A DNA stretch of 64,000 nucleotides from positions 188,604,001 through 188,668,000 of the forward strand of contig OZ024740.1 of assembly GCA_964016885.1 (NCBI GenBank). Reading direction: 5' to 3'. Below are positions 26,661 to 41,365 of this stretch, one piece after another. The stretch's first letter is position 1, and each line of letters begins with the position of its first letter. The position numbers were made by a program, and so were the translations under genes. A model generated the notes under the pieces. That model was not told where the DNA came from. It was given only the letters and a program-made list of their open reading frames with translations, and made no database searches. This DNA is from Eledone cirrhosa. Lineage: Eukaryota.

Positions 26661-29600
26661 CTTAGATTGACATGTATAAAGTTTAGCTACAGTTATCATA
26701 GTGCATTGAGAGAACTGAAAATTAAAGCTCATGAATAGCTCAGTTGTAATAGTTCCGGATTAAACTGCTTCAGAAAATGAATATGCTTCTTTTTAATGTC
26801 ACATATGTAATCATGTAGTTTGCAGTCTAACTATACAGAAATCAGTCTTTCAAGGAATAACTAGATCTTTCTAACAATATATATTTTGATCCATTGGTAT
26901 CTAATATATGTCACTTTAAAGTGTGAATAGTAATATAACATCAAAACGTTATTTATCATTTTATTATACTCCAACAGTGCACAATATTGGAATAGCTTTG
27001 GGAGAGGATTTTTCCGGTGTGAATTTACCATTTCCTTTTGCAGATAATAAAAATGAAAAAAATGTTATCTTGAATAAAAACTAATCGAATCTTTTTTACA
27101 CTTAATGTTTTCCTTATCACTCTTTACAATACACACACTCACACATCGAAATAAATACATTTGACAAGCAATATCAGGTCACTCTTTCATTTTCCAAAAT
27201 TAAGGATAATGTATTTCTTAAAATTTTTCTTTCAGTGAGAATAGAGCAATAACGGTTTTAGTAAGTGTCATGTATTTTATTCTATGCAGTTTCAAACCAG
27301 CTGCAATTAGTTATGTAGAAAGTTCTTTATTGCTATATTTTCCTAATTGATCAACTCTCTAAAATCTTGCATAACATGTTACAAATGCTACTGTCTGTAG
27401 CTCACAGTTTCTTATTTTGATATCGGAATAAAACAGCTTTCATATTTTGTTGCAAATTTGTGTTTAATACAGCATTAATTTTTTTTATATTTAGCTGAAA
27501 GTGTGTTTTGTGAACAGCAATATACAATTTATATGAAGTTTTTTTGGTATCATATTCTTTCTCTCACACCACAATTTCAAACTGCAGATCAATTAACTAG
27601 AATTTTAAAACATTTTAATCATAATTAGATCATTTGCTCCTTGTAAGGAATATATTTTTGGAATACTCCTGATTATTCAGCCTTTGGTGACCCTTATAAT
27701 ACTTTCACTTTGTCACACAAAATGAAAAATACACAATATACGGAACGATTGCCCAGACTTCCATATCACAATTGATGAAAACAAGCAGCAGATCAATTGG
27801 AAAATACTGTTTCATTTACATCCTTTGAATTATATAACAAATTACCACAACATTTTATGGGGGTTTCAGATTTACATTCATTATAATGGATTACAATGAT
27901 TAAAATTTTATCACTTTAATGCTCACGAAAAAACGTATTGAGAAATTTTATGTACAAAATATTAATTTCTTATTGCACATAATATATTATGGAAAGAGAC
28001 TACAGCAAATGTTGAATATTTATATATCACATTTCCTTTGTAGAAAACAGCTGTAATATTTAGGTTCTAATGTATAACATTTTTCATCTTTCTCTAACCT
28101 GTGACATATGACTCTAGAATATTGCAATAAATGTTGAGTTTATCGACAATCTGTTTCCTTAAACAGCTGAGGTTACTTTAAAGTTATTGCACTTTATTGG
28201 TTTATGGATTTAAGGGTTGGATTAATAATATATAATTACTTGTAAATATAAAATCAGGTTCCTTTGAAACCCAGTTGAACATTTTATTCTTCCTTCATTA
28301 TTTGATGTCTTTCTTCTCATGATTTGACCATTTACTTGAGGTTTTTATATGAAAGAGATTCATCAATTCTCTATTGATCAGTCCTGCTAATTTCCAAATG
28401 AAACCATTATAATAAATCTCCTTTTTCTGGTCATTCAGAAGATGACCTATAGTCATTATTGCAAGCTAACAAAATATTCATTTATACTGCCACTACTTTC
28501 ATGAATGAGTTTATCCTAGCTTGTAATAAAAAAGAGTGGGTTACTTATGAATTAGGGGTCTCTGAAACCCAATTTGCCTTTGGTGGTGGAAGGATACGCA
28601 GTTTTATTTACAGTTATCAAGGTAGTCATCCCAAATCTCAGCTGCTTGAATAATTAATACGATCCAATCTGCTCATAAAACCATGTTGAAGACATGATAC
28701 CAGAGCAAGCAGGAGATATATAATATTAGGTTTAAGAAAAGGAAAATATTATTCAACCCCCTTCCATGCTAGTTATAAATGACAGTGGATCTCTTGAAAA
28801 ACAATATACACTTTGTGTCTGTCTGTGAATATTTAGAAGTAAAACCTATGTGAGAATAATTAAGATTTCATTTAGAATTTAAGATAATTCTCTAGATGAG
28901 GTGTTTGGGGCATTTGTCACCAAATATCTTGTTTTCATCTTGCTTCCTTACCTTCATATATTTATTTTGATTGATTGATTGATTAAAATAATTAGTTATT
29001 AGATTAATAAAATTAAAAAAATATTTTTCTCTTAACCAATGACAATGTGTTATGGGTAAAGAATAAATATATTAGCAAATGTGTTGATGCTTTCTTAATT
29101 TAGAATCAGAATGTTCAATGCATGCCTTCAATATAGAGTGACTAATTTTGGAGACATATTTCTTTTTAAAAGAATCCAAGAAATAATATAAGCAGAGTTA
29201 TTTGCAGAAATGGGGACATTAATTAAAGTAGTGTCACGGTCAAAAAAGATATTCAAATTAATGCCAGTATGAAATCACTCTAGCATATATTATGCTATCT
29301 TAAGTATTTTTAATCACATCATTAACTGAAATGAGATGAAGAAAATTGCAAAAATCAATTTCACCCATAACATATTTCTCACTATTTTAAGCACAAGTAA
29401 TATTTGTTACCTCTTTTAATAGTTTTTGAAAAAAATATTCATATAAAATAACCGTTTAAAATAAATATATTACAGATCCTCCCATATCTAGCCTCCACTG
29501 CCTTGTTATGCATCATTAGAAGAATAAACTAATTGCATTCTTGTTGGACAAAATCTCAGCTGCGTGGATGGTTACTGATAAGAGCCGGACTGTACTTTCC

Positions 29601-30442
29601 TCTGCATGGCTGATCATGTATTTCAAACGAGACACAATTGAATATATTACAAGATTGTTCTTGTAGAAATAGTATCAGATATAGAACAGTCAAGTAAATC
29701 TGGCTGGCTCCAGTATATTTCCTGTCTCCAACAATTTGTTTGATTTGCTGTAGTAGTTGCACAGATTGTTCTGGTGATATAAATCATACTAAATACATAT
29801 GGTCACTTTTGTAGAACAATACAACCATTCAGTAGTACTACATATTCATATTAAGTAATAATGTTTTTATTAAAATTACAAATATTTAAATTTTATTCTT
29901 CCTTTTATATTTCCATGCTGGTGTAGGTGGAATGGTTTTTCAGAAATATGACTGACTATTTGTACATGAATAATCGTTTGTGTAACAATATGATGGACAT
30001 AAATCTTACTAACTACTCAACTATGAAATATGAGTGGAAATGTTTTGCCAGCTCGATAGACTATAAGACACAGTATTATATTCCTCACTTGGAAGGAGAT
30101 TGTAATGGTTCATAATGTAATCCTTGCACTCTCGAACATGTGATCCAGCATCTTAAACTAACATCTAATATATTTCTAAAAGTTTTCAGACATTTATCAT
30201 TTGAAATACTCTGCAGTAATTTTGAAAAGTATATGTTAGATCTTTCATTTGACATATATATTCCTTTCAATTTTATATCTGATTCTCCAACTGGGATCAC
30301 TCTAAACTAACCAATCTATCAACTACTTAGATTTTACTTTATAAATTGTGCAGCAGTAAATTAAATACGTATTTCTACATTCTTTCAGCAAGCTATATTT
30401 TGAGAATAAAAGAAGACAAAAAGGTTGCAAATGTTTAGGGAA

Positions 30443-31323
30443 AATAATAATTGTTTCTACTTTTGGCACAAGGCCAGCAATTTCCCAGTGTATTACTCGT
30501 ACTTTATTTTATCAACCCATAAGGATGAAAGGCAAAGTTAACATCGGCAGGATTTGAACTCAGAATGGCAAAAGCCGTAACTCTATGCATCAAAGCATGG
30601 CGTCCGACCCTCTCGTGATACTCCCAATCCACCGCCCTAATAATAATAATAATTGTTGGTACAAGGCCAACAATTTGAAGGAGAGCGGAAAGTCCATTAA
30701 ATCGGCCCCAGTACATTACTGGTGCTTTATTTTATCGATCCCCAAAAGGATGAAAGGCAAAGCTAACCTCAGTGGGATTTGAACTCAGAAAGTAAAGTGC
30801 CGTAGCTCTATGCCATAAAGCATGATGTCTGATGCTCTACCGATACTGCCAATCCACTACCCTTTAAATAATTGTTTCTACTTTTGGCTCAAGGCCAGCA
30901 CTTATCCCAGTGCATTACTGGTGATTTATTTTATCGATTGCCATAAGGATGAAAGCAAAGTTAACCACAGCAGGATTTGAACTCAGTCATTAATGGGCTG
31001 TAACTCTCAGCTGCAAAGCATGGTATCCGACCCTCTGCTGTTGCTGCCAATAATAATAATAATAATAATAATAATAATTTCTGATTTAGGCCCAGGGCCA
31101 GCAATTTCGGAGAAGGGGAAGTCAATTAAATTGACCCCCACTGCATTACTGGTACTTTATTTTATCGACTCCATAAGGATGACAGCCAAAGCTAACATAG
31201 ACGGGATTTGAACTCAGAATCTAAATGGTTGTATCTCTATGCTGCGAAGCATGTTGTCTGACACACTACCAATACAGCCAATCCACAATAATAGTAATAA
31301 TTAATAATAATAATAATAATAAT
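30443..31323 (-). mobile_element. Four head-to-tail SINE A copies (short, long, short, long) separated by (AAT)n
   Basis: Copies at about 30443-30638, 30639-30863, 30867-31051 and 31052-31287. Each contains aggatga.ag(g/c)caaag and ggatttgaactcag. Confidence 0.88.
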
Positions 31324-32179
31324 TTTGCATTCACCTTTTTGTGACAACCTGTCTCAAATAGATTATGAATTGAATCAGATTTTATGTGAAGTTATTGCTT
31401 TTCTAGATAGGTCAGAGACCATGTCTTACTCCTCCCTTGCATTTTGTCATGGTTCCTTGAATTGAATGAGTTTCCTATCAACTTATAACTATCATTGTTT
31501 TGCCTTCAATATAATTAAAGGGTTCTCACTATGCTAGGATGTCTTCATTGTTTATCAGCAGAAGAAAGGTTGTCACAATCCCTGCAAGTTTAAATAAACT
31601 CCACTTTTCACTGGATTGTTTCTGTTCATTCCTTTGTTTCTTTTGCATGATACTGGGTAGGAAGAGATAACAGAAGTAGTATTAGTAACAGATGAGTGAT
31701 AGAAGAAAACTAGAGGGGTAATAGCTAGAAGACGATAGAGAATATAGTAAAAAAGAGAGAGGGGGAGAGAGATATGCTGCTAGATGATGGCTGTTACTTA
31801 AGGTGATCGCAAACAGTCATTGCAACCAATCATATTATATAATTATTAAATTTTATTAAAATCAAAACATTAATTTAAAATGTAATATTATGTATGACAG
31901 TCCTTTTGGACTCATGCCAATATGGAAAAATGAATGTTAAAATTGCAAGAATAATATAATACTAATAACGATGATGATATTATAGACATGTTAATGTTGG
32001 TAATGATATGATGAGGATAATAGTGGTGATTGATTTGAATTTTTTTTTTAAATTCTTTAAGTACACAATATTTCTACACTAGCCTGTAGGGATGATGAAT
32101 GATAATATTTAGGTTTATATACTGAAAATTCTATAACCAAACCTCTATTTAAATAAGTCAGTTTTATCTATTCTACTTT

Positions 32180-32340
32180 CCGGTTGATATAACCGGATTT
32201 CCTGATGCCATATCTAGCTTTCCTGGTTATGTATAACCTGATCATAGTAATAGACATATAATAACCCGATTTCCTGTTAGTATACATTAACTTTAAATTC
32301 TTCTGTCCTGATTTCCTGCTGATATATTACAATTTCCTGA
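32180..32340. repeat. Degenerate minisatellite (gatttcctg..gata motif)
   Basis: tttcctg recurs about five times at irregular spacing. Confidence 0.4.
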
Positions 32341-34289
32341 ACATGCAGAACAATTTTAAAAATATACCTCTAGGTTACATATTTAAATCCTATAGAATAT
32401 TACAAAACTAAAATTATAAAATAATCAATAAGGAAATAAAACATCAGACAATATTGACCAGGCTGATTTAGAAATTTAATTCCAGCTTATATTTTGAGTA
32501 AAGAAAAATATTAGTATATGGAATATTACCTAATCATATTTCATCTTCTAGAAACGAAAAAAAAGATATGTAAATTCTTTCTAAACACACATTGCACTTA
32601 AATACATAACTACTCAAGAGCAAAATAGCCTTTAGCTACCATATTTAAAAAAAAAAATTAAGTGGTTTTCAGGAGTCTGCTGTACCATCTAGGTTATACA
32701 AATTGGTACTGCAGCAGTCAATGATTTTAAATGTGTTAAATTGTTTGAAAATGCTTTAGTTTAACTACTGATCTGTAAAAACGTAAAAAAGATTACATAT
32801 CTATAGATTGATCACTTAAAAGAGTCATTTTGAAAGTTCAATTTTTCTATTTTTGCATGAGATAACATTTATACACTTGACATATTTCCTGGCAGAATAA
32901 AGAATAAAATAAAAGATATTTTAGAAGTTCCTGAGTTATTAAAAAGAGCCAGAAATGTTTAAAAATATTTATGATGGTTGCCTAACAGAGCAAAGTTTAA
33001 TGTGAAACATTTGAAATGTAATGAATAATGTTACTCATATCAAAACTCCATTGCTTTGGTTCATTGTTTTATCAATCTTCTGAAGTCTGAAGTGCTTAAA
33101 ATGCTGAAATGTTAATACAAAAGTTCTTAGGTTCAAACACTTCTACAAATAGTTCATTGTTTTAACTTGGACACTTTACATCTTCATTCTGGTCATCTTA
33201 AAATAGGTACCATTATTATTGAACAGATAATTTATCTAAAAATAGCTGTGCTAAACGTTTCTGCTAGTCCTCAAATATTTGAAAGCATCCAAATCATGTT
33301 AACATCAAAGAATGAAATTTTAAATATCTATAGTACTAATGACTGTCATATGTGCAGAACATATCTGTCTTATTTTAATTTAAATAGTTTTGAATTTATA
33401 TGTTAAGGAGAAAATATTTTGATCTCTGGTAGCTATGATGAAAAATGTAGTATGACAGATATATCTGGTAAATAAATACAGAATAGAGATTTTAAGATTT
33501 TGTTTTATACATTTCTGCAAGTGCCAAACTTTTCATTCTTTCATTAATTATGTGTATGTATGTTTATTTGTATATACATCTGTGTGTGTGAGTTTTATTG
33601 TTTGTTTTTTTTTCTAAGTAGATATTGTACTTTACAATATAATATAATTATTCTCCCAAGTCTGTTTTAAATGGTAATCTTTTAATTTCTATTGTATTAT
33701 TTTAATCTTTCTGTAATTTATGGTGCTGTAATCACTATTGGTTATAATCATTAGCATGGAAGAATAGACATAAAACGGTGATGATGCTGATATTATATAA
33801 TTTTGTTTGTTTATAATATTCTGCTGGAAATTATTACTTCTTGGAAAGAAGTAATAATTACATTTTTCATGCATCCATGCTATTTTATTTGTTAATGCCT
33901 TGGATCTCTAGAATCTTTAACAATACCCCTGTTCTTCATTATATAATACTTTTTCATAGGTTAAATAATCATGTGTTAGAAGCGATTCTATAAATCCTAT
34001 CATAAAGTTTATAAATAACTACCTCTGCTATTTTTAGTGACCACTAAATAGTTGAGTATCTCACATTTAAAGCTAGAAATATATCTCAATTATTTCATTT
34101 CTGTCTGAATCTAACTGCACTATTAATGATTTTATATATTCATGCTGTTTGATATATGGCATTTTTGTGGCATATCATCATATTCTCAGTAAAACTTTAA
34201 AGAATTCTTATATTCAAACTTCTCATACCTAAATATCTATAATTCTGTCTTTCTTATCTGGTAAGCTGACCCCCATTGTTAAGCATCAT

Positions 34290-34476
34290 GTGGATTGGCA
34301 GTATCGGTAGAGGGTCGGGCGCCATGCTTTGAAGCATAGAGTTACCTCCCTTTATGATCTGAGTTCAAATCCCGCCGAGGTTAACTTTGCCTTTCATCCT
34401 TACGGGTCGATAAAATAAAGTACCAGTAATGCACTGGGATAATTGCTGGCCTGGTGCCAAAAGTAGAAACAATTAT
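34290..34476 (+). mobile_element. SINE A (short subtype)
   Basis: Closely matches 13972-14160. Confidence 0.85.
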
Positions 34477-35172
34477 CATAATATCCCACTTTTAATATAA
34501 AATTCTTCTAAATATATTCTCTATATTCATGTACTATTTCTACTCAGAAAGCTATTTGATAATTATTCTGCCAAAACTCCAAATTGTTTAAGAAATGAAA
34601 CCTCTACGTAGTAATTTGACCTGCCAAAAATAACAGGCAAATGTCCTTCAAACCTGACCCTATTATATTTAAGAAATAGCAGGACATTAGAGTATTAAGT
34701 CTTGCCTATACACAAAGACAGCATTCTCAAAGCTGGATCATATTTGTGCATAAATCTGTTTTGATCAGAGTTAACCTGGAACAAATAACAATTTCAAATT
34801 GTCTTAAATGCAACATATATTGATTTTAGTATGTTGGTTATCATTATATTACCTTTCTATTTGTAATAGTAATGTTAGTGGCAGAATATCCCAAAAAGCA
34901 AAGGAAATACATACATCATAATTACTGATTTTTTTTTTACGAGAATAACTTTACTTTCTACTCATCTACTTCTGTAATCTATCAGCAATATGTTATATGG
35001 CATTGATGAATGTATAAAGGCTTATCATTTTCATCATCCTCATAATTTTAAATTTTCAGCACTACCCTCTTTTTTATTGCTTGCATTTGTCTTCAATATC
35101 AATGCTGAATACTTCTGCAAGAACAGTGTTCCAATGGACAAATTACTGGTTCACCTTTATTATCATTGTTAT

Positions 35173-35298
35173 GGCCCTTGCCATTCTGAGTTCAAATCCC
35201 GCCGAGGTTAACTTTGCCTTTCATCCTTACGGGGTCGATAAAATAAAGTACCAGTAATGCACTGGGTAATTGCTGGCCTAGTGCCTAACGTAGAAACA
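35173..35298 (+). mobile_element. 5'-truncated SINE A with 14-bp TSD
   Basis: TSD attatcattgttat at 35159-35172 and 35299-35312. Confidence 0.85.
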
Positions 35299-35515
35299 AT
35301 TATCATTGTTATCACTGTAATTACCAATATATCATTGGCATTAGCACGAGTAGAATTATTCTATTCTTGGCAATGATATTAGTGGTAATCTGTAATAAGC
35401 TTCAATGCTTTATGCTATTTGATTACAGGCTGTCACTTATACAGGGTTCAAATCTTACCTAGATTAATGAAACTTTAATCATACAAGCAGGAAAAATAAT
35501 TATGATGTTAAAAGT

Positions 35516-35858
35516 ATCATCATCATTTCATTTCATTTTACGTCCACTTTTCCCTGCTTGCAAGGGTGGGACGGGAACTGATTCTGGCTTCATTTCTACA
35601 GCTGGATGCCCTTCCTAACACCAACCTCATTTACAGTGAGTGCAGGGTGCTTTTTTGCCGTGGCACCTCCACGACCACTTTGCAGTGGAATGATAGGGAC
35701 CCCAGTCCCTATCATCTCATTTCTACAGCTGAGTAAACTGGAGCAATGTGAAATAAAGTGTCTTGCTCAAGGAAACAACACATCACCCGGTCTGAGAATT
35801 GAACTCACAACCTTTCGATTGCAAGGCCAATGCTCTAACCACTAAGCCATGTGCCTCC
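35516..35858 (-). mobile_element. tRNA-CORE SINE family B with RTE-type tail
   Basis: Head ggaggcacatggcttagtggttagagc (A box), gagttcaattc (B box), CORE-like tccttgagcaagacactt, tail gtggacgtaaaa(tga)n. Confidence 0.85.
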
Positions 35859-35919
35859 ATATATATTATGATAAATCAATTTCCTATATTCCCAGTTGAT
35901 ATGAAATATACCTTGTATA

Positions 35920-36325
35920 CATTTGCTTTGCCGTGCTTGCATGAGTTATACAGGTCTTTTTAGCACAACATCCCTCCACTCATCAGGTTCCTTCATCTTC
36001 TCTGTAAATTTCAGATCACCTCTCATTACCTCTGCCCAGATCTTTCTGGGTCTTCCTTTACTGGGATACTAGGAACTTCTTCACCCAGCAATAATCATCC
36101 TTATAAATCACATGTCCATACCAGCACAGAGTTCTCTCTTGCATGCTATAACTGATTCCGTTTATAGCCAGTTTTTCTGTCAGTTCATCCATGCTTCATC
36201 TTTCTCACACATTAACATCGCATATATCAAAGCATACCAACTTCATTTCTCTCTGGCCTTTGCATATTCTCTACATTCACTGATTATGGCTCACTGCTGG
36301 GTAGCATTGCACATCACACACATCT
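35920..36325 (-). mobile_element. Decayed RTE 3' fragment
   Basis: The minus strand shows degenerate MLPSSEPW, L.WYGHV and GRPRKIW motifs. Confidence 0.55.
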
Positions 36326-38588
36326 AGTAAATAATTATGATTAATATTAACACAAGAGACATATGCCATATATATTCATGTATAAGTTGCACCCATAGAG
36401 AAGCAGCACCAGGAAATAACTTCATTTTATACACTTTGTATATATGTATATGCAGTATATATTGATGAACATATTTCTGCCTTTCTCTCATTTCTGTATC
36501 AACATATGTGTACAACAAATATTTAATTAACATCAGTTGAAACTTGTTTACAAATTCCTTATTCATTTTGTTTTGAAATTACCTTTATATAACAAACATA
36601 TATACTATCAAATAAGAAGCAATTTTGGAAAAGACGTCTCAAGTGTATATGATATTTATTGGTCCAAATTATTTTCTTAAAAACTGAGTGGGCTATGTGG
36701 GTGATGTCTAATGAAATTATAAACATGAAGGTTTAGCAAATGACTTATATTTTACTTTATCACTTCTGTAGTAATTTCATGCCATACTAACATTAAAACC
36801 AATAAATATATCTACGATGATATTGTGATTATATTTATATTTATTGGCACCATCTACAATTTCATCATTTCTATCATTTTTGGGGGGAGAGGAGGCAGTG
36901 CTATTTTCTCTTTTTTCTCTTTCTCTTTTTTTACATTCTCTAATCTCAGTTTCATATCACATTTACGTGCATCAAGTTTAATACTGTATTTTTAGTAATT
37001 CTCTAGTGTAACAGTGTCTGTCATTTTTTTCTTTTTTGTATCAAAAGCAATTATTTGATACAAAGCTTTGAAGCCATCTGTGACATTTCTTTCTTTTCTT
37101 AGTTTTCCTTTCTCATCTTATAACACCTTCTCATACTTGTACATATTGGTGTCTCTGGGTACAAAATTATGATCAATGGTTTGTATAATAATGACAAATA
37201 TTAATCATATTTAGACATTCACATCATAATCTCATCTCTATTAGCTTGGCTTGTCAGTTCTTTGTTTTGTTTACATTATTTCTTTTTTAATCTTTGCTTC
37301 TATGTTTTCTTCATATTTTTCCAGGTCTCTCTTAACTCCAATGCTCACCCATTCTACCTAAAAGCTTTTGCTTGATTTGTTGTAGCATTTCCCCCCTTAA
37401 CATTAACATTATTACTAAAATCTATCTACTGAGTGATATCAATGTTCTCTTTCAATCTAAATAGATTATTGATATATTCAGATATCATCTCCTACATTTT
37501 CATCCTTTTCTTTTTACTCCTTATCATCATTGCCAATATTATTAGGAACATTTTATTAATATATCCATTTTTGTCAATAATTTTAGAGCAGAAAGCATGG
37601 TTTTAATTTGAATCTAAAGTTGACAGCACTGTAAATTCTTTCAATTATAATTGTAAACACCGGCCTACATATATTAGATGTTGGTCCACATGTATGCAAA
37701 TGCGATTAAAACAAACAAGAAAAGAAAATAAGTTCCTTCTAGTTTAAGTTTGATCACTTGGATCACAAGTTTCTGTTTTCATTTCAATAATGTGCTTTAG
37801 CTTTCTTTTCATGGTCATCATTATAATAATTATCATCATTGTAAACAATGCAATTACTCATACAATGATTATCATATTGTTCATCCTTATCATCACTTGT
37901 AGAACGTTTTTCATTAGAAATCATTTATTCAGAATTTGTTTATTGTCTACATTCAATTTGTTCTACCTAATACAAATCCTTAACCATTTTTTTTTAAGTG
38001 CGCCTTTATTATAAATGTAAATATTCATCCTTCAGAAAAAAAAAAAATTCGAAAGAAAATATTCACCTAGCTATAACAATTCCGTATCTGATATTTGTTT
38101 TGCCTACTTGTAATTTTTCACTCTGTAAAATCGGTTATAGTTCACTCTCGAAAAAGAATCCATTTATTTTGTCTATAACCATAACATTTTTTCTTTTATT
38201 CTGTAAAAGTTACTATAGTTGTTTATCTGCATGTAGGAAATAATTATATGTTAGCGTAAAACATGCATAAAATCACATCAGCATGATGTAGATTCATATA
38301 CACACACTAACACACATACACGTGTATGTGTGTCTGTGTGTGTGTGTGTAAAATATAAACATAAATAGCAAAACAAATGACACAGTACATTGAAGAAATA
38401 TATATAAATATATATATATTTGTTCATTCTGTCATTACCAAAACAGACGTCCAATGAGCTTTTGAGTTCAGAGTCAGGCCAGATTGATACAGATTGAACC
38501 TTAAGCTGATCACGAAACACGTGTCACACCTCAATAAATGTAATGGAAACCTAACACTTCATCCTTTCTATTATTATTATTATTATTG

Positions 38589-40090
38589 TTCTTTGAGTCT
38601 CAGTCATTGATGTTATTTAACTGGAAAGTTTGTTGAAATGAATATCAAGCCACTACCTGCAGCCTAAGATATTCAGGACATATCGGAGGGTTCTTGCTGT
38701 TCCCAGCAAGCATGCCTTTTGAAGTGTTCCAAAATGTGGGGCGGGGCCAATTTTCTTTAACCATCCCTTGAAACTTTTTGAGATAGTACCTATTGCGCCT
38801 ATGACAATCGGGACCGCTTTGACCTCATGGAAGTTCCAAATCCTTTTTATCTCCCACTTTAAGTCCTGGTATCGGTTAATTTTCTCCCTCTCCTTCTCTT
38901 GCACTCTCGTGTCGAATGGGCAGGCTACATCCACAATCAGGCACGATCTTTTTTACATTGTCCAAAACCACCAGGTCAGGTATATTGTGTTCCAGTTTCT
39001 TGTCCGTCTGTATCCTAAAATCCCACAGCACCTTCACCTGATCGTTTTCTATCACCGACTCTGGCTTATGCTCATACCACTTCTCAGAATGTGGTAAATT
39101 GTTTACTTTGCATAGGTGCCAGTGGATCACCCTGCCCATCACATCATGTCTCCAGCCTTTATAGTGAGTCTGGGCTAGGTGTTTACACTTGGATACAATG
39201 TGATCCACAGTCTCCTCTCTCTCTCCACAGAACTTGCACAGTGGGCTAGCCTCGTCCTTGTAAATATGGTGTTTCAATCACTTCGTTTTGAGGGCCTGCT
39301 CTTGCGCAGCCATTACCATTCCATCTGTAGCCTTTTTAAGGTCTCCTCTTTTCAACCAGTTCCATATCCAATTCAGTTTTCTCGAAGAAGGTACTATGAA
39401 GGGATTGTTCATGGAGGCTGCTCTTTCTCCTTGTTGTTATTTCCTCCTTGGACATCCTCTGGTCTATTGTCCTCTCCTTCAGTACAATTCTGAGCATTGG
39501 CTCCCTACTATCAGTCACGTATTTGTGTAGGTTGTTTTTCTCCATCTGAACACATTCCTCTATACTGATAAGACCTCTTCCACCTTCAGATCTCCTTAAG
39601 TAGAGTCTATTGGCATCATTCCTCTTGTGGAACATGTTGTAGATAGTCAATAGCTTCCTAGTCTTCCTATCCATTTCTTTTTGTTCAGCAACATTCCATC
39701 TCAGAATTCCCGCACTGTAACTAATAATAGACACAGCTCGGGAATTTACTGCACTTATGACATTCCTACTGTTCAGATGTGACTTTAATATGCTCCTTAC
39801 TCTCCGAATGTATTCAGATCTTATCAATTCCTTCATTTTTTTGTTCTTGATGTCATCAGCCTCCAGAACACCTAAATACTTGTATCCTTCTCAGTATCAA
39901 TTTCCTTTATCATCTCACTTGTTGGTACCTGGATTCCGTTGCTTCTGCTCAATTTACCCCTCTTCATCACAAGGACTCCACACTTACTAATACCAAATTG
40001 CATACATATATCATTGCTGAAAATACGGACAGTGTCAACAAGCACATCCAACTCCTTCTCACTCTTTCTGAAGAGCTTAAGATCGTCCAT
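38589..40090 (-). mobile_element. Degraded, frameshifted R4/Dong-like retrotransposon, 3' half
   Basis: ORF pieces MDDLKLF, EGGRGL, CKFC..ETVDHIVSKC, RHD, IPDLVV, DVACP..KINRY. The 3' end abuts (TTA)n at 38569-38587. Confidence 0.88.
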
Positions 40091-40228
40091 TTCTACAGCT
40101 GAGTAAACTGGAGCAATGTGAAATAAAGTGTCTTGCTCAAGGAAACAACACATCACCCGGTCTGAGAATTGAACTCACAACCTTTCGATTGCAAGGCCAA
40201 TGCTCTAACCACTAAGCCATGTGCCTCC
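40088..40228 (-). mobile_element. SINE B 5' half (tRNA + CORE) fused to a Dong fragment
   Basis: Identical by eye to 35718-35858. Confidence 0.87.
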
Positions 40229-41169
40229 ATATATATATATGCATATATTTTTAATTATATACAAGACAAGCATACACATATATACATATATTTGTAAATA
40301 CATATATATATATATTTGCATTCCAGTGTTTATGATATCCCATCAAATGGTTTTTCTGAACACTAAAAGAAAAAAGAAGAAATACCTGAAAGAATGATAT
40401 GATTGAGTTTTATTGATACTTTTGTCTCACTGAAATTGTTAAAAACATCTCTTTCTTTGCTAACAGCATTTCACACATAGCATTGGTGTCTCTACTGTGG
40501 ATACTGAACTGTGAAGCCATTAAAAGTATGATATGACAATGAATGTCTTCACTGAAATATGAACTGTAAAAGAAAATTGAGGATGAATGAAAGGGAAAAA
40601 TCAATTATGTAAATGTATGAAATTAAAAAAAGAACAACATAAAAAAGGATAGCTCGGAAACATATTAAACTTGTTCTTGAATTGATGTTGCAAGAAAGGC
40701 CTGAGAATCTGGTAAAACCACCATTTGATTCTCACATTCACATCTCAAACACTCATATAGAGAATTATAAACTATTTCTCTCTGCAGAAAAAAAAGATAT
40801 CTTTGGTATTTGTCTTGAGAAAAAAAGTAGTGTCATAAACCTATCATTGAGATTGGCTTGAATGTACCATTATCCATGATGCTGGCTATCATATTAAAAC
40901 AGGTACTTGAGGATGGCCTGAATATATGCCAAAATCATGCTAGAAGCCACAAACTTATTATACTTAAGAAAGTGTATTGTTTGTATTGTAACACTTGAAC
41001 AAAATCTATTGGTTTGCTTTACTTCTCTGTATTTTTAGCATTATATATTTTTATTCATTCGGCAGCAATTTATGCAAATTTCTAAATTTTCATAACTACA
41101 CAAACAATATAAGCTGAAGAAATATTCGAACTGAAGAAGATTGATATTCACTTCCTCCTCCCGATAAAA

Positions 41170-41365
41170 ATTATTTTTAACATAGGTACAATGCTAAAAT
41201 GTCTGAAATAGGTAGAATTGATTTAACCAATTTCAGTGCTTGGCAGGTACATATTTTATCAAGCCTAGAAGCATGAAAAGCAAAATATACCTTATGGGAA
41301 CTGAACACACAACATGAAAAAAGATTCAGTTAAATTCGATTAGATATTTTGTCTGGTGCTCTAAT
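41170..41365 (-). mobile_element. Old, diverged SINE A-like copy
   Basis: ggtacatattttatcaagcctagaagcatgaaaagcaaa resembles the central domain. Confidence 0.5.

Noticed and set aside
29927-30115. Plus-strand ORF preceded by an AG, as a possible host exon
   Set aside because: No CUB or other recognisable motif, a stop without a clear donor, and it overlaps a putative minus-strand relic.
30443-31323. CRISPR-like or tRNA gene array
   Set aside because: The units are ~200-bp diverged SINEs; there is no repeat-spacer structure, no cas genes and no intact cloverleaf.
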